Shown in pieces: positions 1 through 9,269 of a stretch of DNA of 32,000 nt. The stretch is taken from NCBI GenBank assembly GCA_040758395.1, contig JBFLVP010000022.1, forward strand, positions 24,968 to 56,967, read 5' to 3'. Under the pieces are notes generated by a model, which saw only the letters and a list, made by a program, of their open reading frames with translations, was not told the DNA's origin and did no database searches. The position numbers and the translations under genes were made by a program. The stretch is from Pseudomonadota bacterium (lineage in GTDB: Bacteria; Pseudomonadota; Gammaproteobacteria; Halothiobacillales; Halothiobacillaceae). The first letter of the stretch is position 1. Each line of letters begins with the position of its first letter.

Positions 1-217
1 GGTCCGGAACATTGGTCAGGTAGATGACGTTGTCCGGGCCCTTGTAGTGATAGATGTAGCCATCCGGCGCACGCTGCTTGCCGGTGCTCTTGTTGCAATC
101 ATTCGAGAACGATGCCACACCGTCGGCATTGACCGAGCGGCAAAGATCCGCCCAGCCTGGCTGAGAAAGCCCCAGCAGGCCAAACATCAGGCTGAGAAAG
201 AATCCTGGATGATGCAT
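1..217 (-). CDS. Secreted protein of unknown function, N-terminal 72 codons only (gene runs off the left edge); possibly DUF4124-like
   Basis: Missing from the ORF track because it is truncated. Hand translation from ATG (217-215, minus strand) gives MHHPGFFLSLMFGLLGLSQPGWADLCRSVNADGVASFSNDCNKSTGKQRAPDGYIYHYKGPDNVIYLTNVPD, with no stop down to position 2. The N-terminus is hydrophobic and signal-peptide-like. GC3 is high. There is no strong SD. Confidence 0.45.
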   Translation of the reverse strand, partial: MHHPGFFLSLMFGLLGLSQPGWADLCRSVNADGVASFSNDCNKSTGKQRAPDGYIYHYKGPDNVIYLTNVPD

Positions 218-262
218 GGCTGGTATCTTAACCCCCTTCCGTGAGCTGACAACTCATGTGCC

Positions 263-901
263 TCAATGCGCCAGGCCTGGGAACAGCTCACCCATCCCCT
301 TCGCCATCATCTCCACCGCCAGCGCGGCGAGGATCAGGCCCATCAGACGAGTGACGAGGTTGACCCCGATGGTCCCCAGCCGCTGGGCGATCCAGTCGCC
401 GAAACTGAAGACCACGCCCACCGCAAAGGCCACCAGGATGATGGCCGCCGCCAGCGCCACGTAGACATCGACGCCACCACCGTACTGGTGCGACTGGATG
501 ATGACGTTACTGATCGCCCCAGGCCCGGCCAGCAGGGGTACGCCCAACGGCACGACTGCGGCGGCATTGCGGTCGGGTGTTTCCTCGGCCTCCTCCGGGG
601 TCTGGCGCAGACCGACCTCCTGCGCGCGCAACATGGACAGCGCAAGGATCAAGAGGATCAGGCCGCCGCCGACCGAAAAGGACGCGAGGCTGATACCGAA
701 TATCCCCAGCATGCCCTCGCCTGCGATCAGCGATGCCATCAACACTGCCAGTACGGTAAATGCCGCCGTGCGCGCGGCCTTGAGGCTGCGCTGGCGTGTC
801 CAGCCCTGGGTGACCGCGAGGAAAAACGGCACGATCCCCACCGGCTCGACAATGGCGAACAGGCTGACGGTCATCTTGAGAAAATCGGTTGGCTCGATCA
901 C
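263..901 (-). CDS. MarC family (UPF0056) integral membrane protein
   Basis: Multi-TM ORF with the N-terminal LFAIVEPVGIVPFF motif typical of the MarC family. I placed the start at GTG 901 (VIEPTDFLK...) so that the conserved EP..G..P motif lies about 18 aa from the N-terminus, as in family members. The ORF-track start (979) and ATG 874 are alternatives. Confidence 0.85.
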   Translation of the reverse strand: MIEPTDFLKMTVSLFAIVEPVGIVPFFLAVTQGWTRQRSLKAARTAAFTVLAVLMASLIAGEGMLGIFGISLASFSVGGGLILLILALSMLRAQEVGLRQTPEEAEETPDRNAAAVVPLGVPLLAGPGAISNVIIQSHQYGGGVDVYVALAAAIILVAFAVGVVFSFGDWIAQRLGTIGVNLVTRLMGLILAALAVEMMAKGMGELFPGLAH

Positions 902-1028
902 GAGGCGACCCCATCCTGGCGCAATGGAGGAAATCTTAGCCTGAAACGCCCACATCAGTGTGAGGATTGGGCCTGTCACACAGGGCTGTTAGACTGCCGG
1001 CCCGTTCGGACTCTCGCCATACCATCCC

Positions 1029-2579
1029 ATGTTCCATCTGATTGCCTCGCGCGCGCCGCGCAACGCTCGTGCCGACATGCTCTCCGGCCTGACCGTCGCC
1101 CTCGCCCTGGTGCCGGAGGCGGTGGCCTTCGCCCTGGTCGCGCAGCTTCATCCGCTGATGGGCCTGTATGCCGCCTTCATCGTCGCACTGATCACGTCCA
1201 GCTTCGGCGGACGCCCCGGCATGATCTCGGCGGCGGCGGGCTCGCTGGCGGTGGTGATGGTGGCCCTCGTGGTCCAGCACGGACCACAGTATCTGCTGGC
1301 GGCCGTGGTGCTGATGGGCCTGATCCAGATCGGCGTGGGGATGCTCAAGCTGGGCAAGTTCATCCGCATCGTGCCGTATCCCGTGTTTCTCGGCTTCGTG
1401 AACGGATTGGCCATCGTGATCCTGCTGGCCCAGTTCGAGCAGTTCAAGATGACCACGCCGGAAGGTCTCAAGGTATGGATCAGCGGTAACGCGCTCTACG
1501 TCATGCTCGGCCTGATCGCGCTGACCATGGCCATCATCCATTTCTTCCCGCGCCTGACCAAGGCGGTGCCCGCGACTCTGGTCGCCATCATCGCCGTGAC
1601 TCTGCTCGTGGCTGCGATCGGGCTGGACACCCGCACCGTGGGCGACATGGCCTCGATTGCGGGCGGCCTGCCCGAGTTCGCCATCCCACAGGTGCCGATG
1701 ACCTGGGAAACCTTGTGGATCGTGCTGCCCTACGCTTTCGTCTTTGCCGGGGTTGGCCTGATCGAGTCGCTGCTTACCCTGCAACTGGTGGACGAGATCA
1801 CCGAGACGCGCGGCAAGCCGAACCGCGAATGCGTGGCGCTGGGCGCGGCCAACGTCACCAGCGGCCTCTTCGGCGGCATGGGCGGCTGCGCCCTGGTCGG
1901 ACAGAGCGTGATCAACGCGGAATCCGGCGGCCGCGGGCGCCTGTCCGGCATCACCGCCGCGCTGGCCCTGCTCGCCTTCATCCTCTTCCTCGCGCCGCTG
2001 ATCGAGCAGATCCCGCTGGCCGCGCTGGTCGGCCTGATGTTCATGGTGGTCATCGGTACCTTCGAATGGGGCACGCTGCACATGATCGGCAGGGTGCCCA
2101 AGCGGGAGATCGCCATCAGCGCGATGGTCGCCATCATCACCGTGGTGGTCGACCTCGCGGCGGCGGTCATCACGGGCGTCATTGTCTCCGCGCTGATCTT
2201 CGCCTGGGAGCATGCCAAGCACATCCGCGCCGAGACCGAATTCCGCGACGACGGCAGCAAGGTCTACCGCCTGATTGGCCCGCTGTTCTTCGCCTCGGTG
2301 CAGAACTTCCACGAGCTGTTCGATCCGAAGAGCGACCCGGACGAGGTCATCATCGATTTCGCCCGTTCGCGCGTGGCCGATCATTCCGCGCTGGAGGCCA
2401 TCGACAACCTGGCCGACAAGTACCGCGCCCTGGGCAAGATCCTGCACCTGCGTCACCTCAGCCCCGAGTGCCGGGAGCTGCTGCGCAAGGCGGGCGATCT
2501 GGTCGAAGTGAACATCTCCGAAGACCCGCGCTACCACGTGGCCGAAAACGACACAGCGGGCCAGCCCGCTCGGAGTTGA
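1029..2579 (+). CDS. SulP family inorganic anion (sulfate/bicarbonate) transporter with C-terminal STAS domain
   Basis: 516 aa. The N-terminus has [16 protein letters not shown] followed by many TM segments. The C-terminal soluble region ([12 protein letters not shown] ... [10 protein letters not shown]) fits a STAS fold. Confidence 0.9.
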   Translation: MFHLIASRAPRNARADMLSGLTVALALVPEAVAFALVAQLHPLMGLYAAFIVALITSSFGGRPGMISAAAGSLAVVMVALVVQHGPQYLLAAVVLMGLIQIGVGMLKLGKFIRIVPYPVFLGFVNGLAIVILLAQFEQFKMTTPEGLKVWISGNALYVMLGLIALTMAIIHFFPRLTKAVPATLVAIIAVTLLVAAIGLDTRTVGDMASIAGGLPEFAIPQVPMTWETLWIVLPYAFVFAGVGLIESLLTLQLVDEITETRGKPNRECVALGAANVTSGLFGGMGGCALVGQSVINAESGGRGRLSGITAALALLAFILFLAPLIEQIPLAALVGLMFMVVIGTFEWGTLHMIGRVPKREIAISAMVAIITVVVDLAAAVITGVIVSALIFAWEHAKHIRAETEFRDDGSKVYRLIGPLFFASVQNFHELFDPKSDPDEVIIDFARSRVADHSALEAIDNLADKYRALGKILHLRHLSPECRELLRKAGDLVEVNISEDPRYHVAENDTAGQPARS

Positions 2580-2584
2580 GGCCA

Positions 2585-2614
2585 TGAAAAAGGCCGGGTT
2601 TCATGCCCGGCCTT
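2585..2614 (-). terminator. Rho-independent terminator (functionally bidirectional) between the convergent SulP gene and the 130-aa ORF
   Basis: The stem is AAGGCCGGG (2590-2598) / CCCGGCCTT (2606-2614), 9 bp with a 7-nt loop. On the minus strand the hairpin is followed by TTTTT (2589-2585). It starts 11 nt after the SulP stop. Confidence 0.6.
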
Positions 2615-2638
2615 GCAGGTAAGCTGATGCGTGGGGAA

Positions 2639-3031
2639 TCAGGCGTTACGCAAACCCTTGACCCACGCCTCCATCGCCTGGGTGGCGACCGGCATCGGCG
2701 GCTCGAGGAAGTTGATCACGAACTTGTCGCCCAGATCGGCCACGCCGATGGAGCGCGGACGGACCGCCATCACGTGCGGGTTGGGCAACGCGGTGCCGAA
2801 GCAGAACACGATCAGCTTGGCATCCAGGATGTTCGGCGCCACCTGGCCTTCGGGCAGGCCCTTGGTGTGGCCGTAGTGATCGAAGACACCGATGAACGCG
2901 GCAACGGGATGGGCATCGATCTTGGCCTTCAGGTGAGCGATGATCTCGTCGACGCTCTTGAAGCTGGTTTCGGACTTGCCGAGCTCGAGTTCGAAGATCG
3001 GGTATTTTTCCATCAGGACGGTCTGTTTCAC
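2639..3031 (-). CDS. Conserved-looking hypothetical protein (130 aa), family not recognised
   Basis: The GTG start at 3031 is preceded by GAGGAG 7 nt upstream. Codon bias is coding-like and the gene is followed by a terminator. It is divergent from the CDF transporter gene. Confidence 0.7.
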   Translation of the reverse strand: MKQTVLMEKYPIFELELGKSETSFKSVDEIIAHLKAKIDAHPVAAFIGVFDHYGHTKGLPEGQVAPNILDAKLIVFCFGTALPNPHVMAVRPRSIGVADLGDKFVINFLEPPMPVATQAMEAWVKGLRNA

Positions 3032-3052
3032 TGTGACGCTCCTCGATAAAGT

Positions 3053-3066
3053 TTATGTGCACATAA
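3053..3066. promoter_or_regulatory. 14-bp perfect palindrome TTATGTGCACATAA (candidate operator) in a 55-bp divergent promoter region
   Basis: It is exactly self-complementary. It lies between GTG 3031 (minus-strand gene) and ATG 3087 (CDF exporter) and overlaps the SD-proximal region of the minus-strand gene. A second small palindrome, AATTAATT, lies at 3071-3078. Confidence 0.4.
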
Positions 3067-3086
3067 CACGAATTAATTATTAACCC

Positions 3087-3992
3087 ATGTTGCCCACCGC
3101 GTCCAATCCCGACCACAACGCTCGGTTGCTCCGTCTGGCCACCCAGGCCAGCCTGGCGACCGCACTGACGCTGATCATGGCCAAGCTGGGCGGCTGGTGG
3201 TTCACGGACTCGGTCAGTCTTCTGGCCTCGCTGCTCGACTCCTCCGCCGACCTGGTCGCCTCCCTCCTCACCTTCCTGGCCGTGCGCTGGGCCCTGGTGC
3301 CGCCAGATCATGACCACCGCTTCGGCCATGGCAAGGCCGAAGCCCTCGCCGCGCTGGCCCAGTCCATGTTCATCCTGGGTTCAGCGGTCATGCTCGGCCT
3401 GCAGGGGGCCTGGCGACTGACCAATCCTCAGCCGATAGAGCAGACCGACGTCGGCTTCGGAGTCATGATCCTTTCGATGATCCTCACCGCCCTGCTGGTC
3501 AGCTTCCAGTTCGCCGTGGTGCGCAAGACCGGCTCGACCGCCATCCGTGCCGATGCCCTTCATTACGCCACCGACCTGCTGAGCAATCTCGCGGTCATCC
3601 TCGCCCTCCTGCTGAGCCTGTGGGACATGCACAGGGCGGATGCCATCATCGGCATCCTGATCGCACTCTACGTCGCCTGGAGCGCAATCAGCATCGCGCG
3701 CGATGCGCTCAACCAGCTCATGGATCGCGAGCTGCCGGACGAGATCGCCGAACAGGCCCGCGAACTCGCGCTCACGGTCGAGGGCGTGCACGGCATCAGC
3801 AGCCTGCGCAGCCGCCAGTCCGGAAGCGTCTACTTCTTTGAACTATATATCGTGCTTGACGACAACATCACCTTGCGCCGCTCGCACGACATCGGCGACC
3901 AGGTCAGGCATGTACTGTGCGCAGCCTTCCCGGGGGCCGACATCATGATCCACGAAGAGCCCGCCGGCGTCGTCGCCACCGAGGTTGGGTAA
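3087..3992 (+). CDS. fieF: Cation diffusion facilitator family metal efflux transporter (FieF/YiiP-like)
   Basis: 301 aa with six predicted TM segments. It has the SLLASLLDSSADLVAS and HDHRFGHGKAEA motifs and a C-terminal cytoplasmic domain (ELALTVEGVHGISSLRSRQSG), all typical of CDF proteins. Confidence 0.88.
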   Translation: MLPTASNPDHNARLLRLATQASLATALTLIMAKLGGWWFTDSVSLLASLLDSSADLVASLLTFLAVRWALVPPDHDHRFGHGKAEALAALAQSMFILGSAVMLGLQGAWRLTNPQPIEQTDVGFGVMILSMILTALLVSFQFAVVRKTGSTAIRADALHYATDLLSNLAVILALLLSLWDMHRADAIIGILIALYVAWSAISIARDALNQLMDRELPDEIAEQARELALTVEGVHGISSLRSRQSGSVYFFELYIVLDDNITLRRSHDIGDQVRHVLCAAFPGADIMIHEEPAGVVATEVG

Positions 3993-4040
3993 GTTCGCCG
4001 TGTGCGGCACAATAGCCGCCCCTCTTGAGCCCAGAATCGC

Positions 4041-5231
4041 ATGACCACCCCCATTCTGCCGAACCGCGACGTCCTCCTTTTCCACCTCAGCCACAACGAC
4101 CTCGACGGTTACGGCGCGCAGTACATGACCCGCGCGGCGGGCTTCCGCGCTCGCTATTACAACGCCGACTACCGCGACGTGCCGGCCACCCTGGAACGCA
4201 TCTTCGCGGACATGGCTCAGGTGAACGAACCGGCCATGCTGCTGATCACCGACCTGAACCTGACCGTCGAACAGGCCGACATGGTGGCCAGGCGCATCGC
4301 AGGCGAAGCCGTCGCCGTCGAGAAACCGGCCAAGCAGACGGCCAAGCCCGGCCTGCTGAGCGCCGACCTGGCCACCATGCTCAAGCAATCCATCACCCCT
4401 GAGCGGCCCAGGCACACGGTCATGCTGCTCGACCACCATGCCACCGGCGAGGACGCGGCCGCCAAGCATGACTGGTACTACCTGGACACCACCCGCTGCG
4501 CCAGCCGACTGGCCTTCGAGGCCGTCACCCCCTATCTGAGCGCGGCCGATCAGGCGCTGTATGGTGCGCGAGCCGACTTCATCGACGTCGGCGACCGCTG
4601 GCTGAAGGACGATGCGCGCTTCCACCGCTCCATCTTCCTGATCGGACTGATCATGGAGGACGACCAATTGGCCCCGCCGCTGAGCGAGCTCAAGCGCGAC
4701 TTCCGTTTCCATATCATGGATGCCTTCTTCCAGCGCATGGAGCAGGGCGCCAGCCTGGAGGAGCTTGAGCGTGGTGTCTACGACTACCGCAAGGACTTCC
4801 TGCGCGGCCGCATCGCCGACACCGCGGTCGACGACAGCGAGGCCCCGCTCAAGGACAAGTTCCACAAGCTCTGCGCCGAGGTCATCCCGCCCAGCGAGAT
4901 TCCCATGCTGCGTATCGACGGGTACCGCGCTGGAATCTTCTTCAACTGGCCGCACGACGTGTTCCGCGGCGTGGTCATGGAGTTGATGGAGAACCAGGGC
5001 AAGATGGACATGGCGATCCGTGTCGGCGGCAATGGCCGCATGTCGCTGCGCTCCAACAACGGCGTGGACGTGGGCATCATCTCCGGCCGCTATTTCGAAG
5101 GCGGAGGCCACCCCGGCGCGGCCGGCGGCGTGCTCAAGGACAACCGCCTGAAGGACGTCCAGCAGGCCATGCGCAGCATCAGCCAGACCATCACCGAGAA
5201 AAAGGGCCAGGTCGAAATCATCCCGGTGTGA
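4041..5231 (+). CDS. DHH/DHHA1 family phosphoesterase
   Basis: The ordered motifs are HNDLDG (I), ITDLN (II), LLDHHATG (III, DHH) and GGGHPGAAGG (the DHHA1 GGGH motif). Confidence 0.8.
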   Translation: MTTPILPNRDVLLFHLSHNDLDGYGAQYMTRAAGFRARYYNADYRDVPATLERIFADMAQVNEPAMLLITDLNLTVEQADMVARRIAGEAVAVEKPAKQTAKPGLLSADLATMLKQSITPERPRHTVMLLDHHATGEDAAAKHDWYYLDTTRCASRLAFEAVTPYLSAADQALYGARADFIDVGDRWLKDDARFHRSIFLIGLIMEDDQLAPPLSELKRDFRFHIMDAFFQRMEQGASLEELERGVYDYRKDFLRGRIADTAVDDSEAPLKDKFHKLCAEVIPPSEIPMLRIDGYRAGIFFNWPHDVFRGVVMELMENQGKMDMAIRVGGNGRMSLRSNNGVDVGIISGRYFEGGGHPGAAGGVLKDNRLKDVQQAMRSISQTITEKKGQVEIIPV

Positions 5232-5710
5232 GCATGCACGGCTCCAAGTACATCACCCCCGAGGGCCACCGGCGCCTGACCGAAGAACTCAACGACCTCT
5301 GGCGCGTGCAACGCCCCAAGGTCGTGCAGGCCGTATCCGAGGCCGCCGCGCTGGGCGACCGCTCCGAGAACGCCGAGTACATCTACGGCAAGAAGATGCT
5401 GCGCGAGATCGACCGCCGCGTGCGCTTCCTGCGCAAGCGGCTGGACGGCATGGTGGTGGTTTCCGAAACACCGTCCGATTCTTCCCGCGTGTTCTTCGGT
5501 GCCTGGGTGGTGCTGGAAGACGACGATGGGATGGAGCTGGAGGTTCGCATCGTCGGTCCCGACGAGTTCGACCCCAAGCGCAACTGGATCAGCCTGGACT
5601 CGCCCATGGCCCGGGCCCTGATGCGCCGTGCGGCGGGCGACGAGATCACCGTGCGCCTGCCGGGCGGGGAGCGCAGCTACTGCATCATCGAGGTGCGGTA
5701 CGGCGCTTAA
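5228..5710 (+). CDS. greB: Transcription elongation factor GreB
   Basis: Gre family signature: YITPEGHRRLTEELNDLW ... LGDRSENAEYIYGKKMLREIDRRVRFL ... ISLDSPMARAL. GTG 5228 overlaps the upstream stop (GTGTGA). ATG 5234 is an equally plausible start. Confidence 0.9.
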   Translation: MSMHGSKYITPEGHRRLTEELNDLWRVQRPKVVQAVSEAAALGDRSENAEYIYGKKMLREIDRRVRFLRKRLDGMVVVSETPSDSSRVFFGAWVVLEDDDGMELEVRIVGPDEFDPKRNWISLDSPMARALMRRAAGDEITVRLPGGERSYCIIEVRYGA

Positions 5711-5712
5711 AT

Positions 5713-5768
5713 CGTAGGCGCGAGCTTGCTCGCGATGACGGGAGATCGCGAGCAAGCCCGCTCCTACA
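5713..5768. repeat. REP-like composite palindrome / bidirectional terminator between convergent greB and mnmC
   Basis: The left arm is CGTAGGCGCGAGCTTGCTCGCGAT (5713-5736). The right arm (5745-5768) reverse-complements to TGTAGGAGCGGGCTTGCTCGCGAT, matching 21/24. The core 13 bp (5724-5736 / 5745-5757) is a perfect match with an 8-nt loop. The left arm also contains its own GCGAGC-TT-GCTCGC mini-hairpin; the right arm has only an imperfect version (GCGGGC-TT-GCTCGC). Confidence 0.55.
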
Positions 5769-7758
5769 GGGATTCATCCCCAGCCACCCAGGCCTGCCGG
5801 TGCTCCGGCGCCGAGCGCATCTGCCGATAATCGAAGCGCGCCGGATGCAAGGCATGCAGCAGATCCTCCGTCAGTGGCAACGGATCGCCGTTCAGCTCGC
5901 TTGCCAGCAGCTCGCCCAACAAGGCCGTCCACACCAGGCCGCGCGCGCCATGGCCGGTCGTCACCCACAGCCCTCTGAGCAAACGCGCCGTCGGGAAACG
6001 CCGCGCGGGCCAGCCGAGATGCAGCCCCTCGAACTCCCGCCGGAAGGCCTCGGCATCATGCAGCGGACCGGCCACCGGAAGCCGGTCAGGGGTGGCGCAG
6101 CGATGGCTGACCCGCCCCCCCAGCGAATCAGGCGACCTCTCCTCGACGTCAGGCAGGATGGCGCGCAGGCGATCGACATTGCCCTCATGATCCTCCCGGC
6201 GCGGCCCCGGATCGTGCACGCCGTGCGCAAAACTGGCGCCGAAGCAGTGCAGCCCCTCGCGCTCCGGGATGACATACCCCTCACGACAGGCCACCGCGCG
6301 CAGTCCCGCAAGGCTGTCCCTGGACGGCGACAGACTGATCTGCCCACGTACCGGCGCCAGCGGCAATGCCCCGGGCAGCAGATCGTTCAGGGCATGGGCA
6401 TTCGCCAGGATGACTGTCTCGCAGACCGCAAGCGAATGGCCGCCCTCGCCGACAACGACCCAGCCGCTCTCGTCCCGCTGCAACGCTGTGACAGACGCAC
6501 CGGTTTGCAGACGTATCCCCGGGTGATCCAGCAGCGCCCTCACAACAGCCGGGGGATGCACCCAGCCGCCGCCCGAAAACCACCAGCCGGGCTGCTCAAC
6601 CCGCGCACCGATGAGCTCCGAGCCTTCCTCCGCCTCGACCCAACGGGCGAATTCAGGCGGCAGGTTCAGGCTGGCGGCGATCTTGAGCTGTTGGGCGGCA
6701 TGCCGCGGATTGCGCGCCAAGCGCAGGACCCCGCAAGGATGCCAGTCGATCTCGGGGTGCGTCTGCGCCAGTCGGTCCAGCATCCGCCTCGCATACCCCA
6801 GTCCAAGGCTGGCGATGCGACTGAGCGCATTCCATTCCGCACTGAGCACTGGCAGCAGAATCCCCGCGTGATTGCCGGAGGCCTCCCGCGCGGGGTCGGC
6901 ATGGCGCTCGAGCACCTGCACGCACCAGCCTCGCTCAGCCAGCCGCCGGGCGACCGAGGCTCCGGCAATGCCCGCGCCGATGATCACCGCCTCACGCCCG
7001 CTGGGTGTCGCCCCACACGGGAACCACGGCGGACCGCGATCCGGCAAGGACTCCCCCGCCCAGTGCCCGACCAGCATCTCGCGCTTGCGGCCGAATCCGG
7101 GACGTTTCTCGCACACGAATCCAGCGGCAGCCAGACCGTCCCGTACCATGCGGGCACAGGTGAACGTCGCAAAGGTCGCTCCGGGCGCCGACAGGCGGGC
7201 CATGACCTCAAATAACGCAGGTTGCCACATGGCGGGGTTCTTCGCCGGAGCGAAACCATCCAGGAACCAGGCATCAACCCGCATGCGCGCAAACGGCAGG
7301 ATCTCCAGCGCATCGCCAAACAGCAGGGTGAGCACCACCCTCCCCCCGGCAAGCTCGAGCCGGTGTGTTCCAGGAATCAGATCCGGATATTGGGCAAGAA
7401 GCTCGGCCGCGAGTCCGGCCAGCGGATGATCCTGCGGGTACAGAATGGCGAGTTGATCCTTCCGAATGGGATGCTTCTCAACCGATACGATGTGCAGGAT
7501 CGCATCCAGTGGGGCTGTATCAAGGAAGGCCCGTGCGGCCACAAGCGCGTTCTGTCCCGTACCAAACCCCGTCTCGCCGATGACGAATCGCTGACAGGCT
7601 AGCCAGCGATCCGGCAAGCGATTGGCCCGCAAGAACACATGCCGGGTTTCAGCCAGACCACCGTCGGCCGAGTAGTAAACATCACCGTACGCCGAGCTAC
7701 GCGGCAGGCCGGCGGCATCAAGCTCGATCTCGGCCGGACACAAAGCCTCAACCTTCAT
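5764..7758 (-). CDS. mnmC: Bifunctional tRNA (mnm5s2U34) methyltransferase / FAD-dependent cmnm5s2U34 oxidoreductase MnmC
   Basis: 664 aa. The N-terminal SAM-methyltransferase half contains FVIGETGFGTGQN. The C-terminal half is a DAO-type FAD domain with VIIGAGIAGASVARRLAERG. This two-domain architecture is diagnostic of MnmC. Confidence 0.9.
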   Translation of the reverse strand: MKVEALCPAEIELDAAGLPRSSAYGDVYYSADGGLAETRHVFLRANRLPDRWLACQRFVIGETGFGTGQNALVAARAFLDTAPLDAILHIVSVEKHPIRKDQLAILYPQDHPLAGLAAELLAQYPDLIPGTHRLELAGGRVVLTLLFGDALEILPFARMRVDAWFLDGFAPAKNPAMWQPALFEVMARLSAPGATFATFTCARMVRDGLAAAGFVCEKRPGFGRKREMLVGHWAGESLPDRGPPWFPCGATPSGREAVIIGAGIAGASVARRLAERGWCVQVLERHADPAREASGNHAGILLPVLSAEWNALSRIASLGLGYARRMLDRLAQTHPEIDWHPCGVLRLARNPRHAAQQLKIAASLNLPPEFARWVEAEEGSELIGARVEQPGWWFSGGGWVHPPAVVRALLDHPGIRLQTGASVTALQRDESGWVVVGEGGHSLAVCETVILANAHALNDLLPGALPLAPVRGQISLSPSRDSLAGLRAVACREGYVIPEREGLHCFGASFAHGVHDPGPRREDHEGNVDRLRAILPDVEERSPDSLGGRVSHRCATPDRLPVAGPLHDAEAFRREFEGLHLGWPARRFPTARLLRGLWVTTGHGARGLVWTALLGELLASELNGDPLPLTEDLLHALHPARFDYRQMRSAPEHRQAWVAGDESL

Positions 7759-7840
7759 CAGTCATTCTCATGAGACTCGCATTTTTCTTATGGACCATCC
7801 AAGCGAAGGCATTTAAATTAGGTTACAAATACAAAGAAGC

Positions 7841-8224
7841 TTGTTTGATTACCGAAAAGCGGGACTGATCATCGTGCGCAAATACTCACGCATCCAGTTC
7901 GACACCGACGCTCAACTTGAGACCCCGCAGCAGCGCTTCGCTGTGCACATTATCGATATTTCAATCAAGGGCGTACTCCTCGAAGTCCCCGAGGATGCCC
8001 ATACCCCCGATAACGCACGCTTTTCCCTGCATATTCCCTTGTCCGACGAGAGCTTGGCCATCCACCTTCAAGCCGTTCCTCGCCATCGGGAAGGTCGACG
8101 TCTTGGCTGTGAGTGGGTCGCGATCGATCTGGACAGCATGACCAGCCTGCGCCGTCTGCTTGAACTGAACCTTGCCGACAACCGCCTGCTCGAACGCGAA
8201 CTCGGGCAACTTTGCCACGGCTGA
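7841..8224 (+). CDS. PilZ domain c-di-GMP receptor protein
   Basis: It has canonical RxxxR (RKYSR) and D/NxSxxG (DISIKG) motifs at normal spacing. There is no in-frame ATG start, so the start is either TTG 7841 (ORF track) or GTG 7874 (MRKYSRIQF...). Confidence 0.8.
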   Translation: MFDYRKAGLIIVRKYSRIQFDTDAQLETPQQRFAVHIIDISIKGVLLEVPEDAHTPDNARFSLHIPLSDESLAIHLQAVPRHREGRRLGCEWVAIDLDSMTSLRRLLELNLADNRLLERELGQLCHG

Positions 8225-8237
8225 AATACAGGTCACC

Positions 8238-9266
8238 ATGTACAACGACTACCCTGACACTCCGGAAGAAGCCGCTTCCAATCTGCGCCTTGTGCTGCAA
8301 ATGATGGGGCGCCACGAAATCCCTCCCAATCCGCGCAACTATGCACTCTGCTACGAATACATCCTTGCACGGAGCCCCTCCCTCAACAGAGCCATCGACA
8401 CTCAGCTCGAGCAACACGGGCGACTGTCTGAGGATGCCTCCCTCAGCCTGTTTGACGAGCACATCGCTCACGGCGCCATCGGCACCGTGCAGGGCGCCCA
8501 GGAAGAACTCAAGCGCATCCTGCGTTCGGTCATGCTTCAACTGCTCCATACCGGCAACGAATTCGCCCAATATGCCAACGGCCTGGGTACGCACATCGAG
8601 CGCTTGAGAGGCGACCCCGATGCCAGCCTTCTGCGCGAAATCACTCAGCATGTCGTCGATGACACACGTCAACTCGAAACCAGCAGCAAGTACTCGAGCA
8701 CACGCCTTTCCGGCGCAACGGAAGAAATCGAGCGGCTCCGCAAGGAACTGGACGAAGCAAGAAAGGATGCCAGCACCGACCCCCTGACCGGCCTCCTCAA
8801 CCGACGTGCTTTTACCACCGTCATCGCCAATGCCATCACCAAGCATCGCGCGGACCAGCAGCCGTTCTGTCTTCTGATGCTGGACATCGACCACTTCAAG
8901 GAAGTCAATGACACCTACGGGCATCTGGTCGGTGACAAGGTTCTGCGGTTTGTTAGCCGACTCCTGTCGCAAGTCCTCAAGGGACAGGACACTTTGTGCC
9001 GATTTGGTGGCGAGGAGTTCGCCGCACTGCTCCCGGATACCGGTCTTGATGGTGCGGAGCACGTGGCTGAAACCATCCGGAGTCGCCTGCTGAACAGTCA
9101 ACTCCGCCTGACGGAGAGCGGCCAGTCGCTGGGCGAAATCACCGCCTCCTTTGGCGTCGCCAAGTTCCGAGGCGACGAGACCATCGAGGAGATCATCCAG
9201 CGCACCGACCGTGCCCTGTATGAGGCCAAGCGCCTGGGCCGCAACCGGGTTTCGCGCGCGCAATAA
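8238..9266 (+). CDS. Diguanylate cyclase (GGDEF domain, GGEEF active site) with an N-terminal coiled-coil/sensor region
   Basis: Start set at ATG 8238 (MYNDYPDTPEE...); the ORF-track 5' extension overlaps the PilZ gene. The GGDEF core is DPLTGLLNRRAF ... DIDHFKEVNDTYGHLVGD ... RFGGEEFAALL. The I-site position reads KGQD rather than RxxD. Confidence 0.9.
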   Translation: MYNDYPDTPEEAASNLRLVLQMMGRHEIPPNPRNYALCYEYILARSPSLNRAIDTQLEQHGRLSEDASLSLFDEHIAHGAIGTVQGAQEELKRILRSVMLQLLHTGNEFAQYANGLGTHIERLRGDPDASLLREITQHVVDDTRQLETSSKYSSTRLSGATEEIERLRKELDEARKDASTDPLTGLLNRRAFTTVIANAITKHRADQQPFCLLMLDIDHFKEVNDTYGHLVGDKVLRFVSRLLSQVLKGQDTLCRFGGEEFAALLPDTGLDGAEHVAETIRSRLLNSQLRLTESGQSLGEITASFGVAKFRGDETIEEIIQRTDRALYEAKRLGRNRVSRAQ

Positions 9267-9269
9267 AAA

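Noticed and set aside
936-2585. Very long ORFs antisense to confidently assigned genes: 936-2585(-), 3843-5111(-), 5800-7215(+), 7965-9338(-), 14365-15708(+), 19958-20935(-), 27538-28866(+), 266-1489(+).
   Set aside because: These are typical shadow ORFs of high-GC DNA. Their translations are Arg/Gly/His/Asp-rich and low in complexity with no recognisable motifs. In each case the opposite strand encodes a protein with clear family signatures.
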